Origin: an uncultured delta proteobacterium
Lineage (GTDB): Bacteria > Desulfobacterota > Binatia > Binatales > Binataceae
NCBI GenBank assembly: GCA_963842085.1
Contig: CAWJET010000001.1
Location: 512,001 to 576,000 of the forward strand
Length of the DNA stretch: 64,000 bases
Direction: 5' to 3'
The translations under genes were made by a program, and so were the position numbers. Shown here piece by piece: positions 35,943 to 46,094 of the stretch; the stretch's first letter is position 1, and the number at the start of each line of letters is the position of its first letter. The notes below the pieces were generated by a model that saw only the letters and a list, made by a program, of their open reading frames with translations, was not told the DNA's origin and made no database searches.

Positions 35943-36078
35943 TATGGGCTCTCCTTGACTGAGCAGTTGAGACAGTATCGTGTCGGCACGAAGGAACTTC
36001 AATAGCTTAGGCCGTCGCTCAAACGCGCAGCGAAACGGATGCGCCTCGCGAGGAGCAAATGGTGGCGCGAGGTGCACC

Positions 36079-36105
36079 CAGTCACAGCGAAACGCGCTAT
36101 CTCCG
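36079..36105 (+). repeat. isolated att-tail motif
   Basis: CAGTCACAGCGAAACGCGCTATCTCCG. Confidence 0.6.
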
Positions 36106-36360
36106 GATGGGTAAATCGCTACTTCTGACGCACTTCTTGTGACGCACCAATTTCCCGCCAATCATAAGTAGAGTTGGTCGCGTTTTGATCCGGCGCGTGG
36201 AAAATTCGTTCAGCCAGAGAGATCAAAGCGGCCGGGATCGACCTGGATCTGAATCGGGCAATCTGAGGTGCCGCGTACTCTTAGTTCTACGCCTGGTCGC
36301 AAGAAGGACTGCTGTTTCTGAAAGTGATGTGTCGATTATTGCAAAAGTTCTCGCGATGTC

Positions 36361-37557
36361 GTGAACTCTCAGGATTTCGGAATGCTCCGGCGAAGCGAAA
36401 AGTCTCTTCTAAGAATGTTCTCTCTTGTGCGGCAACTTCATGACCATCCCGAAGAATACAAACTCGCGCTCGCGATCCAAGAGGAATTGATAGTCCGGAA
36501 GTCGAACGTAGAGAGACGGATCCGCGTGCTTCGGCAGTGTCGCCGTGCTTCGAGTTTCGAACTTTCGAAGCGACATTCAGACCGCGGTCGAGCTAACGAG
36601 CTAAAGTCAGCGATTGCGCGAATCGATGATCGAATTGAGGAGGCTCGGCTACTTGACTCGGTCTATCTCGACATCGGCGATGCCGTCGCCTTTACTTACA
36701 TCGATCCTTGGGACATCAAACCGCTCGCGTTTCGTGAACGCGCTGGTTTCATTAGCGGAAAGAAGGGGGCACGCTTGGAGCGTAAGGTCCTGCGCGAAGT
36801 CTACAGGGTCGGCGGGATCGCTATCTTGAATGATCTTACGCATTCTCTTCGTTATGCCGATTTAACCGTGATTCGCAAGCCAAAGACCGATTTCTTGTTA
36901 CTGGAGCTTAAATCAGGACGCGGAGGCAGTCGGGTACGTGCACACCGGCAATTGAAAGCGGCCGAACGGGTGACGAACTATCTCAAAACGGACAAGGTCC
37001 AAGATCTTTACGCCCCAGGACAAGAAATGCTTCGCTATTCTGTTCATTCCGCACCTGTCTACAATGCGGATGCGATTAACCGCATGTTGGCAAAAACAAC
37101 GATGGACTCCTTGGTGCGCGAAGAAGTGGAGGCGGGCCTACATTACATTGCAATCGAGGGTGATTGGTCAGAGGATACCGATACGATTCTAGGACCCTAC
37201 TCAGCAAAGCACCTTGTGATGTTGGTCAATGATTTCAAAGGCTCGAAGGTAGGATACCGTCCATTCCTGTTGAACCTGGAGGACCCCAACAAAATGCTCC
37301 AATTCTACCAGGGTAGCATAGTAATCATCGTCATCATTGATACCGAATCGGTCAAGGAACGGCTCAGGCAGCGTGGACTGGATCTCCATCTCACCGGCAA
37401 CGATGAGTGGCCTTGGGAGATTAGTTGTCCCCCAGACGAAAATAGATCGAGATTTTCATGGCACTTCATAAGTCGTGTCGGCGCCGAGTTCTTGAGCCTT
37501 AGTTGGTTGGTCGACGAACTCTCTCAGCCTATCGACCCGATGAAATTGCCCAGTTAA
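36361..37557 (+). CDS. hypothetical protein: coiled coil + putative PD-(D/E)xK nuclease
   Basis: YADLTV..LLELKSG motif; appears lower in GC than its neighbours. Confidence 0.7.
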   Translation: MNSQDFGMLRRSEKSLLRMFSLVRQLHDHPEEYKLALAIQEELIVRKSNVERRIRVLRQCRRASSFELSKRHSDRGRANELKSAIARIDDRIEEARLLDSVYLDIGDAVAFTYIDPWDIKPLAFRERAGFISGKKGARLERKVLREVYRVGGIAILNDLTHSLRYADLTVIRKPKTDFLLLELKSGRGGSRVRAHRQLKAAERVTNYLKTDKVQDLYAPGQEMLRYSVHSAPVYNADAINRMLAKTTMDSLVREEVEAGLHYIAIEGDWSEDTDTILGPYSAKHLVMLVNDFKGSKVGYRPFLLNLEDPNKMLQFYQGSIVIIVIIDTESVKERLRQRGLDLHLTGNDEWPWEISCPPDENRSRFSWHFISRVGAEFLSLSWLVDELSQPIDPMKLPS

Positions 37558-37832
37558 AAGACAAACAGCGTAGAGAAAGGCGAATGTGGTCGAGAAGACG
37601 TCAAGGGCCGAATAATGGCTCGACCGTCGCAACCTGCGCAGCCACCAATCGCTTGAACATTAGTCGAGGCCGTACCGGCGGCGACCGCCGGTAAGCCCTT
37701 CGATTTCGTCAGGATCGAAAACATTGGTCACAGGCAATACAGGTGCGCTGGCGCCAAGCGACGCGCTCACCTTTGTTACTATCGTCGCCGTCCGCTGCCT
37801 GAGCATTTGAGAGGAGCGACTTCCTGGCTGTC

Positions 37833-38455
37833 TCACCAGCATCCCTTGATCCGTGAAAAACGACCACCAGTGGTGACACGCGGCAGGTCGTCCCATTCAA
37901 CGCTGCCGGGTTTGGGTAATGGGATGTACCTAAATGGCTCCGGTGCGGTGATGTAGTTGAACGCTCCGCAGGCGGCATCTACCTGATCATCATGTGCGTA
38001 CTCCCGCTCATTGGGGCTAAATTGCTCGCATTCTTCCAGGAACGCTTCGTTCCAAGCGCTGCGCAGCAGTTTCAGGTTGCCGGCCTCGGCAGCCGCTCGG
38101 AATGGTTGTGACCGTTCGAACTTGGTACCCCTGACTTGATCGGCATAAACCGGATACCCCAGTAGCAACCCCCGTCGCATAGCGTCGATCCATAGCGCGC
38201 TACCGCTCCCGGGCTCCTGTTGCAAGACAACGCGTATGTTACGGCTGTCTTGACCTGCGATATTCGCAATGAAGCTTTCGACTTCATGAGGGGTGCCCTG
38301 CATGCGCGCCACATGGAGGATATAGCCGACCCCATTGCGTGCGATGCCGTATTTGACGCCTGCAGTAAAGTCGCTGGTCTTAGTCTTTTGGTAGGCGGTG
38401 TCCCAATAACGTATGATCTCCAGTTCGGCGGGTGGCGCATCCACGATCTGGAACC
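37833..38455 (-). pseudogene. C-terminal nuclease domain of a phage terminase large subunit (ATPase half missing)
   Basis: RYWDTAY..SDFTAG, QEPGSG, WNEAFLEE, HDDQVDA. Confidence 0.85.
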
Positions 38456-38547
38456 TGATGGGATGGACCGCTCCCTACTGATAACGGCCTCAATGGGCCA
38501 AGGTGGTACGTTCGACCACCAACAATCGAAGCAGGGAGGGTCCGAAG

Positions 38548-39588
38548 ATGCAGGTTACTACGGTCGGGATCGATCTGGCAAAGAACGTGTTCTGTCTTCA
38601 CGGTTGCGATGCACAGGGCAGGCCGGTGTTGCGCAAGCAACTCGCGCGGCGGCAGCTGCTGAGCTTCGTCGCCATTCTGCCGCGGTGCCTGGTGGCGATG
38701 GAGGCATGTGCGAGCGCGCACTACTGGGCGCGCGAGATTGAGAAGCTCGGTCACCAGGTGCGGCTCATCAGTCCCAGGTTCGTAAAGCCTTACGTCAAAG
38801 CCAACAAGAACGACGCCAGCGACGCCGAGGCGATCTGCGAGGCGGCGAGCCGGCCGTCGATGCGCTTCGTCGCCGTCAAGAGTACCGCGCAGCAGGAGGT
38901 GCAGGCGGTCCATCGGGTGCGCCAACAGCTGGTGAAAACCCGAACTGCCCTGGTCAACCAGGCGCGCGGACTGCTGGAATTCGGCATCGTGGTCGCGCAG
39001 GGAGTTGGGCGCCTGCGCCGCGCCTTACCTACCATCCTCGAGGATCGGGAAAACGGACTCAGCGGAGTGATGCGCGAGCTGCTCGGAGAGATCGGCGAAC
39101 GTCTGAGGTTCATCGATGATCGCCTGCACAAGTATGACCTGACCATCCAGCGGCTCTTCCGCCAGGATGAACGCTGCCAGCGAGTGGCCGCAGTTGAAGG
39201 CGTGGGTCCGCTGACCGCCACCGCCCTGGTCGCTGCGGTGGGCAACGCCACCGACTTCAGAAGCGGGCGCGAACTAGCGGCCTATCTCGGACTGGTTCCG
39301 CGCCATCGCGCCAGCGGCGGGCGCACGGTGCTGCTCGGGATCAGCAAGCGTGGCGATCGTTACCTGCGCACGCTGCTGATTCACGGTGCGCGCTCGGCCC
39401 TGCTCCGGATCGAGCGGCAACGCAGTGCGCGCGCCATCTGGGCCGCGCGGCTCAAGCTTCGCCGTGGATCTAATGTGGCGGCGGTTGCGTTGGCGAACAA
39501 GAATGCGCGAGTGCTGTGGGCGCTGCTCAACCGACACCAGAGCTATCAACCAGCGCCGTTTCCCGCCCGCGTCCCCCAAAGTGGTTGA
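38548..39588 (+). CDS. IS1111 DEDD recombinase/transposase
   Basis: GIDLAK, MEAC, KNDASDA, GVGP, ASGG, ISKRGD.YLR. Confidence 0.95.
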   Translation: MQVTTVGIDLAKNVFCLHGCDAQGRPVLRKQLARRQLLSFVAILPRCLVAMEACASAHYWAREIEKLGHQVRLISPRFVKPYVKANKNDASDAEAICEAASRPSMRFVAVKSTAQQEVQAVHRVRQQLVKTRTALVNQARGLLEFGIVVAQGVGRLRRALPTILEDRENGLSGVMRELLGEIGERLRFIDDRLHKYDLTIQRLFRQDERCQRVAAVEGVGPLTATALVAAVGNATDFRSGRELAAYLGLVPRHRASGGRTVLLGISKRGDRYLRTLLIHGARSALLRIERQRSARAIWAARLKLRRGSNVAAVALANKNARVLWALLNRHQSYQPAPFPARVPQSG

Positions 39589-39649
39589 GGGAACGGCGGG
39601 CGGAAAATGGCTTTACCAGCCCTGAGATTGTGCAGGCTGTAGCGGAGAG

Positions 39650-39820
39650 CATGATGGCGAACCGGTCGGAACCGGCACCTTCTCGAACCTGGCCACACAC
39701 AAGGCCTTCGAGGCCGTGAACCTGATCAGGCGAAGGTGCGCGAACTTCCATCTGGGCCCGGGGCACAAAATGACGCCCCACTCAACGAGGCCGAATATAT
39801 GACTGCAACCGGATCATCGC
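39650..39820 (+). ncRNA. putative bridge/seekRNA of the IS1111 element (ends approximate)
   Basis: Stem GCACCTTC/GAAGGTGC encloses GCCACACACA and GAACCTGAT, which match the two genomic flanks; a second loop has TTCCAT and ATATATG matching the circle junction. Confidence 0.8.
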
Positions 39821-39866
39821 TCATCAAACTCCACAAACAGTCTTGCGCCCGGGAGCGGTCCATATA

Positions 39867-39919
39867 TGTGTGTGGCGAATTGCTGATTCTGGGGAAATCA
39901 GTAATTCGCCACACACACG
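39867..39919. repeat. REP-like hairpin, copy 2 (IS1111 target)
   Basis: 22-bp stem with one G.T pair, 7-nt loop: TGTGTGTGGCGAATTGCTGATT-CTGGGGA-AATCAGTAATTCGCCACACACA. Confidence 0.9.
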
Positions 39920-40329
39920 GGGCCGGCCGTCATGTTCGGCAGATCGAATTGTGCACGAAGCATGGCAACGTCGTTATCGCGCGCGCGCGGCCTTGAGATT
40001 TCCGATCGGCGGTTCAGATAAGGAACGGGCCAGCGAGGGAGGGGGGCCATTTCGCCGGCCCGCTGCCGACTGGTGAAAGGAAGGAGGCAAACACTAGCCA
40101 GCGATCTCCTGACTACTAAATTGCCGCGCGAGCGTCCAACGTCGGTGATACTCAGCCCCGAATTAAGACAGTACCGGTGGCCTGATGGCTTGGTGGCCTT
40201 GTTCTTCTCGCGCTCGAGCTTGCGCAGTTCCAGCTTGCGGTCGCGCTTCAGCCGGCGGAGTTCCTCGGCCCGGTCGTGCAGCCGATCCACGGTTTCTGCT
40301 TGCTTAGAGAAGGCGCGCCGAATCGAGCT

Positions 40330-40899
40330 TTTAGCGCAGCATCGCTCACGATCGCCGCGCGCGGATGCCGGCCCCCGCCCACGGTGGTGTACCCTAATAA
40401 ATCGATCGCGCTCAGTGGGCCAAGCGCTTTAGTGACAGTCGATGAAGCGGTAAATCGCCGGGCGTTCGAGAACAGTAACTCTTCAGACCCGACGGCATCG
40501 CGAGCATCGCCTGCATCGCTTGGTACGGAATCGGTGCGATCGAATCTCTGATCGCTGGACCGATCGAGCGCAAAGGCCGGAGCGCCTTCTCGCCCGCTGC
40601 GAGATCTCCCGACCAGCATGCGGTGATGCAGAAGGCGGGCGCGCCTGCAAGAAGGCCCGCGGTCGCGATCACGGTAAGTTCGTCCGGCATCGAAGAGTCC
40701 TTGCGACGTCCTCGGCGCAGGTGCACCGGGCAATCAGCGCTGGCAGTTTGTCGAAGCATCCGTTCCAGAGCTTGCGCGCGTCATCATAGTCGTGCTCACC
40801 AGGTCGCACGATGGTTCCCCGCAAATGAGACTTGAACTTGCCAATCGCAGATTCGTCGACGGCTTTGCCGTTGGTGGATATCACTGCTTGATTGTTCAT
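40330..40899 (-). pseudogene. internally deleted FAD-binding (BBE-like) oxidoreductase
   Basis: YDDARKLWNG.FDK.PALIARC..EDV followed by PDELT..GEKALRPLRSIG pieces in different frames. Confidence 0.75.
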
Positions 40900-41013
40900 T
40901 TGGTGTTCCTGCACCGACCATTTGCCGCATCTTACTAAACTACCCGCTGGCGAGCTCAAAAGTTACTTCGCCACGGTCATCGAGTTCGCCATTCCTATCT
41001 CGCTTCAAGATCG

Positions 41014-41538
41014 CTAGAGCGCGGGCGCGGGGGTCCCGGGCGCCGACGCGAAGCCTGCCGGCAGGTCTTTTTCCGGAGTGATCCGAATCGCTATCCGGTC
41101 TCCGCTCGCAAAACTCGCGCGGCTCGGCCCGACCACGGAGTTCATCATGCCATATTTCTTCGGATAGTCGGTCAGGATCTTGTCCACCACAGCGGCATCG
41201 TTCGTGATCTCTGCCTTGCCGATAAAGCAGGGACCGTTGAGCCCGCCGATCCACACGATCACCGGGCTACCGCGTCTGATGCGCTTGTCCTTCCACGAGC
41301 CCTTATGCGCCTGGATGAAAAGCAGTGCGCGGTTGGCGCTCAGGGTGAACCACACGGGCGCCGGCGTGCTCTGATTGCCGTCCTTGCGCACGGTTGCGAT
41401 ATAAACGAGCGTGGCCTGGTCGAAGGCCTTCAGCTCAGGATCGGAGAACCCCGCGCAGCCCGCCGGTCCCGCGGTCATAATCGAGATGGTTAGCGCCGTC
41501 GCGACGGCGAGAATCGAAAGTGTCGCGAATCTTTTCAT
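41014..41538 (-). CDS. exported pyridoxamine-5'-phosphate-oxidase-like (split barrel) protein
   Basis: Signal peptide MKRFATLSILA..; YIATVRKDG..PVWF, SWK.KRIRR. Confidence 0.75.
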   Translation of the reverse strand: MKRFATLSILAVATALTISIMTAGPAGCAGFSDPELKAFDQATLVYIATVRKDGNQSTPAPVWFTLSANRALLFIQAHKGSWKDKRIRRGSPVIVWIGGLNGPCFIGKAEITNDAAVVDKILTDYPKKYGMMNSVVGPSRASFASGDRIAIRITPEKDLPAGFASAPGTPAPAL

Positions 41539-41914
41539 TGTTCGCCTCCGTTCCGAGCGCTGTTTATGTTCCATCATGGCGCGTTCGCCAACATCATGGC
41601 TGGGTCTCGCGGCAGGGGCCAGTCCCGAAATCACACGTGGATTATCACAATTGGCGCGCGATGGCTCAGTCTGCAGCATCACCGTGGTGAACACATCGAG
41701 CCCGAGCGCACGAACCATTCTGAAAGGAGCGATCGGAACGACCGGATGGGCGGCGACGATCGCTCGGTTTTGAGGAGCTGCTACGACCTAATTCTGCGGA
41801 GTCAATGGTTGGTATTTTCTAGCGCGAATGGCTATTGAGAGAGGTTGGGCGCGAGTCTGAGCGGTTACTCAAAGGATCAGCTAGGTAAGGCCGGCGAGCC
41901 AAAAGGAGCGAATC

Positions 41915-42151
41915 TTGGATTTGCAGAAAATAGTGGCAGACTTGAAGAAGGAGCGAGACCGACTGATTCGTGCCATTGCGGCGCTCGTGGGATCAGCCTC
42001 GCAACGGGGTGCTAAGAAGGAGCGTGCCAGAGCTCCTCAGCGCGCAGGAGTGAAAAAGAAGAAGCGCGGAGGTCTCACCCCGGAGGGCAGAAGGCGGTTG
42101 TCGCTAGCGATGAAGAAGCGCTGGGCAGAGCGCAGAAAGAAGGGTTCGTAG
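41915..42151 (+). CDS. small basic putative nucleoid-associated protein
   Basis: MDLQKIVADLKKERDRL.RAIAAL..LTPEGRRRLSLAMKKRWA; AGGAG RBS. Confidence 0.8.
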   Translation: MDLQKIVADLKKERDRLIRAIAALVGSASQRGAKKERARAPQRAGVKKKKRGGLTPEGRRRLSLAMKKRWAERRKKGS

Positions 42152-42261
42152 AAGACTGCCGCATCGACGCTGCGATGACGGACCGAGATAAAGCATTCGC
42201 CATCGAGGGATGCGTTAGGACTTCCGCTCGCGCTGAGAGAGCGGACACTCCAGTCAGGCCG

Positions 42262-42543
42262 CTAGCGCGGCGTGAGCAGCACCACGGGGATGTCGCGTTT
42301 CGTTCCGGCCTGGTAGTTGTCATAGTCGGGCCACTGGGCTGTCATGATCGGCCACACGCGCTTCTTTTCTTCGGCCGTCGCAGTCCGCGCCCGGACCGGA
42401 ATCACTTTGTCCCACACCTGGATCTCCACATCGGGGTGGGCGAGCAGGTTTTTGTACCACCCAGGATGGTCGGGCGCGCCACCTTTCGAAGCGACAACCA
42501 GATAGTTGTTGCCGTCGCGCCCGTAAATCAGCGGGAATTTTTT
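42262..42543 (-). pseudogene. 3' part of a deazaflavin (F420)-dependent nitroreductase-family protein
   Basis: PLIYGRDGNNYLVVASKGGAPDHPGWYKNLLAHP..YQAGTKRDIPVV; cut at the hairpin repeat. Confidence 0.85.
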
Positions 42544-42590
42544 CGTGTGTGTGGCGAATTACTGATTTCCCCAGAATCAGCAATTCGCCA
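42544..42590. repeat. REP-like hairpin, copy 3 (one arm truncated)
   Basis: CGTGTGTGTGGCGAATTACTGATTTCCCCAGAATCAGCAATTCGCCA. Confidence 0.85.
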
Positions 42591-42956
42591 GAGTCACCCC
42601 AACTGCAAAGGCTCCCCAAAGCATAAGTTGGCTTACAATAGAACCATGTTACCAAAAATGCATGCCAGCCCGTCAACCACCGCGTTGTCAACCACCCTAT
42701 AGCGTCAACCGGTTGACGGTTGACGGAGAGCAGTTCGCATTAGACTGGCTCATCCAGCGGACGGTCAGAGATTTTTCGGGGCCTCTCCGGATGAATGATC
42801 GCCTTGGCACGAAGCTCGATCGCAGCGCCCGCCGTGACGAAAGTTCCATCTATGCCTGACGCACAAAGGGGTCGCCATTATCGACGTTAGGCGTGCCCGA
42901 GATGTATCGTGAATGGAAGCCGAGACGGCAGCGGCCCTTATGGCCCTGATCGAAAC

Positions 42957-43123
42957 ATGGGCACCAAGGTTTCGTCGGTCCTGAAGCGCAAAGGTCATGA
43001 TGTTGTCACCGTCACGCCGCGCCAGACAATCGCGTCGGTGGTCGAAGTGCTCACCCAAAATCGGGTCGGAGCCGCGCCGGTGGTGAACGAGGAAGGTCAA
43101 CTCATAGGGATCATCTCCGACAG
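42957..43123 (+). pseudogene. 5' fragment of a CBS-domain protein
   Basis: VLKRKG.DVVTV.P..VGAAPVV..LIGIISDR, then homology ends. Confidence 0.75.
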
Positions 43124-43186
43124 ATCGGGCTATCTCGGCTGCAAGAATTTCTGTGTTCATGATCGCGGGTCTCGTCGAAGTACCGC

Positions 43187-44170
43187 ATGAGTTCAGCGAA
43201 GAGCGTGAGACGCTTTGTTAAACGCGTATCTTTCATATTGCGTCCTGCGTCGCCGTTTCATTTCGACGGGACTTTCCACAAACCGTCGCATTTCCCCGCC
43301 CCGATAGAAGACTGGGAGTCCGGCAAGTATTGGCTGACGTTGCGTCGCGGCACGAAACTCTACGGCGTGCGAATTCAAAACGCCGGATCGAGGAGTAAGC
43401 CGGCGCTCCGGGTGTCGATCTTCGCCGACCAACGATTGGCGCGAACTGATCTGGATGCGATCAAAAGCGAACTCATCTGGCGATTTGACCTTGACGCGGA
43501 CCTTCGCGAGTTTGACCGAGCTGCTCGCTCGGATGCTCGGTTCAGAGCTGTATTCCGCAGATGGCGTGGCACGCGAGGCTCCTGGCACGGCAGCATCTAT
43601 GAGCTGCTCGTCATCTCAATTCTTCTCCAGAACGCCACGGTTAGGCGAACCGTCCAGATGATGCTTGCGCTGCTCGGAAAGTTCGGTACGAGACTATCGT
43701 TTGACTCGAAGAGCCTTTACGCGATGTGGCTGCCCGAAGATCTCGACAAGGTTTCGGAGGCTGACCTGAGAGTTCTGAAGATTGGCTATCGGGCGCGCTT
43801 CCTAAAGCGGCTGTCCGGCGACTTTGCGCGTGGAATCGTCGACGAGGTCAGGCTACGAACGCTCGATCTGAATTCCGCAAGGAAAGAACTGATTAAGCTC
43901 TACGGCGTCGGTCCCGAAACAGCGCGGATGTTGTTATATCCGGCGTGCCATCAGCATGAGCGGCTGAATCATATCGCGCCGTGGCAGCAGAAAATCTATT
44001 CGCGGATCTTTTACGACAAGCCGCTCGTTCCGGTCCGCAAAATCATGACTGATCTCAACAAGAGGTATGGCGATTTCGCGAGCCTAGCGACGCACTATGT
44101 TTGGGAGGACTTATTCTGGCGTCATAGGCGCGAGCCTATCGGGTGGTTGGCGAAAGAGATACGTCTGTGA
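43187..44170 (+). CDS. HhH-GPD DNA glycosylase (AlkA/Ogg1-like)
   Basis: ILLQNA, KIGYRA, LIKLYGVGPETA HhH motif. Confidence 0.85.
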   Translation: MSSAKSVRRFVKRVSFILRPASPFHFDGTFHKPSHFPAPIEDWESGKYWLTLRRGTKLYGVRIQNAGSRSKPALRVSIFADQRLARTDLDAIKSELIWRFDLDADLREFDRAARSDARFRAVFRRWRGTRGSWHGSIYELLVISILLQNATVRRTVQMMLALLGKFGTRLSFDSKSLYAMWLPEDLDKVSEADLRVLKIGYRARFLKRLSGDFARGIVDEVRLRTLDLNSARKELIKLYGVGPETARMLLYPACHQHERLNHIAPWQQKIYSRIFYDKPLVPVRKIMTDLNKRYGDFASLATHYVWEDLFWRHRREPIGWLAKEIRL

Positions 44171-44728
44171 CTCGATCTGGGAGTTTGGCCGGAGGAGCCG
44201 AAGCTCAACTAACGAACCGCCGATCGCAAATCTCCAGGCCGTGGGTGAACTCACGGAAGCAGCGGCGAAATAGCTCCACGGCGCCGGACGCGGCGAAGGC
44301 CGGACAACGAGCGCCGACTTGAACTCTCCGAAACTCTGATCGAATGAGGAGCCGGAACGCGTACAAGAAAATTAGCACCTCGACCGTGCCAAGGAATATC
44401 GTCGCGAGCGTGGCGCTCAAGCCAGCGTCCTCCCGGGTCTTGTCTCTCAGTCTACGCGCGCGAGCGTAAGAACCGCTGGATGACACCGACTGGGCGATCG
44501 AGCGGTATTCGCGTCTGACCGATCGATATCTTCGAACAGCGGTCGCCGCGACCAACCTCGGGGCAGCGGTACCAGTTGCGGCAAAGGCGATCACCCACTG
44601 CGTAGCCTCGTTGACATTTCCAAGCTCGCCGCTAGGATTGAGATACGTGCTGGTCCTGACCGATCGGCAAAAGCGAAACGAGCGGCGGAAGCTGCTCATA
44701 GCGGCCGGAAGGCCTTGGAGGAATCCGA

Positions 44729-45178
44729 ATGTCCGTCGTCGAATTTTCTAATCTGCTCTCCGAACTCAACAAAAGCGCTAGCGAGCTGAACGCTGGAACC
44801 GAGACGGTTAACTCCGTGTTGGCGTCGGTGGAAACCCAGCTCACCAAGATGAATCTCGGGTTTGAGGTATGGGTTCCCGATTCGCTTTCGAGTATCCAAA
44901 TCAGCGAATATAGGTATCAAGATACCGAACTTGGGTTTGCGAAGATCGGCACCGATTGGTCCCTTGCGGTGCGGGTCCGGGAGGGCAAAAGAGATCCGCG
45001 TAGCGGCGATTTCGATTGGTATCCGCTTCCGATTCCCGGGTCGACTCGGCTGCTCGATGCTTCACGTCAGGTTCGAATCAAGGCGTTGCAGCACATACCG
45101 GAACTACTCGAGGCGCTGAAGAGCAAGGCCGACGAAGCAGCCGCTACGATTAAGGAAGCCAAGAAGCTCATAAAGTAA
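44729..45178 (+). CDS. hypothetical protein
   Basis: GGAGG RBS; protein-like 149 aa. Confidence 0.7.
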   Translation: MSVVEFSNLLSELNKSASELNAGTETVNSVLASVETQLTKMNLGFEVWVPDSLSSIQISEYRYQDTELGFAKIGTDWSLAVRVREGKRDPRSGDFDWYPLPIPGSTRLLDASRQVRIKALQHIPELLEALKSKADEAAATIKEAKKLIK

Positions 45179-45309
45179 GAATTGATTTCAACCGATCGTC
45201 GATCGGTCACAGAGCCCCGGAGCAGGGGCATGACTTCGGCACTGACTCCGAAGTAGGGGCGCTTGGCGAGAGAGAAACAGCCGACGCATCAGTTTGAAGG
45301 AGGTTTTCT

Positions 45310-45774
45310 ATGCCACCGCTCAATAAGCTGAAGGAGTTTCTCGACAGCAAGCAGGTCAGCTATGAAGTCCTCGCGCATCCCGTGGCACTTACCGCCCAGC
45401 ATCTGGCGGCCGTTGAGCACGTCAGCGGTAAGGAGCTCGCCAAAGTTGTGGTGTTACGCAGCGGGTCCGAATTCATGATGGTCGTGCTACCCGCGCCGTA
45501 TCACGTGGACCTTGAGAGGGCGCGAACCGCAACTGGCAAGCGGGACCTTGAGGTCGCCCGGGAATCAGAGTTCGCGAATCTTTTCCAATGTTGCGAGCCG
45601 GGGGCGATGCCGCCGTTCGGAAATCTGTATAACCTGCAGGTGTGGGTTGATGAGTCCCTCGCTCAAGATGACGAAATCGTCTTCAACGCTTGCACGCACA
45701 CGCAAGCTATCAGGATGAAGTACTCAGACTTTTCGCGCCTGGTGCATCCTAAGGTGGCTACGGTGAGACATTGA
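45310..45774 (+). CDS. YbaK/EbsC aminoacyl-tRNA deacylase family protein
   Basis: LAKVVVL, CEPGAMPPFG, FNACTH. Confidence 0.9.
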   Translation: MPPLNKLKEFLDSKQVSYEVLAHPVALTAQHLAAVEHVSGKELAKVVVLRSGSEFMMVVLPAPYHVDLERARTATGKRDLEVARESEFANLFQCCEPGAMPPFGNLYNLQVWVDESLAQDDEIVFNACTHTQAIRMKYSDFSRLVHPKVATVRH

Positions 45775-45904
45775 AACACGGTGGCGAGGCATTTCGCCGG
45801 CCAGCGCGCGCTTATACTAAATTGCCGCGCGAGCGTCTATCCGGCTTATCTTGCTGCAAGCCTGCCGCAGCGATATAGCTCGCCCATCACGCCAGGGCGG
45901 CTCT

Positions 45905-46094
45905 ATGGCAACCAAGGCGAGCATCATTACCGCGATCGACGTAAAAGTCGGAAGTACTGAATACAAAATCTGGCGAATCGGACTCACGCACGATCCGGCA
46001 ACACGAAAGCAAGAGTGGTTTAAGACGGAAAGCGTTGTCTTCTGGCAACAATGGTAAGCCGATTCCTTGTCAGACGCTCAAGACATTGAAGCGC
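45905..46094 (+). pseudogene. small gene with an internal stop, truncated by the rve element
   Basis: WRIGLTHDP..R..W*ADSLSDAQDIEA reads through to the element end. Confidence 0.45.

Larger units (their letters stand above)
38460..39867 (+). mobile_element. IS1111-type (IS110 family) element
   Basis: Sub-terminal IRs ATGGACCGCTCCC (38463-38475) / GGGAGCGGTCCAT (39851-39863); AT dinucleotide at both junctions. Confidence 0.92.

Noticed and set aside
35943-36161. N-terminal extension of ORF 35616-36161
   Set aside because: Paralogue alignment and the RBS place the start at TTG 35942.
39867-39919. Integron attC site
   Set aside because: It lacks RYYYAAC/GTTRRRY ends and extrahelical bases, and there is no tyrosine integron integrase in the window.
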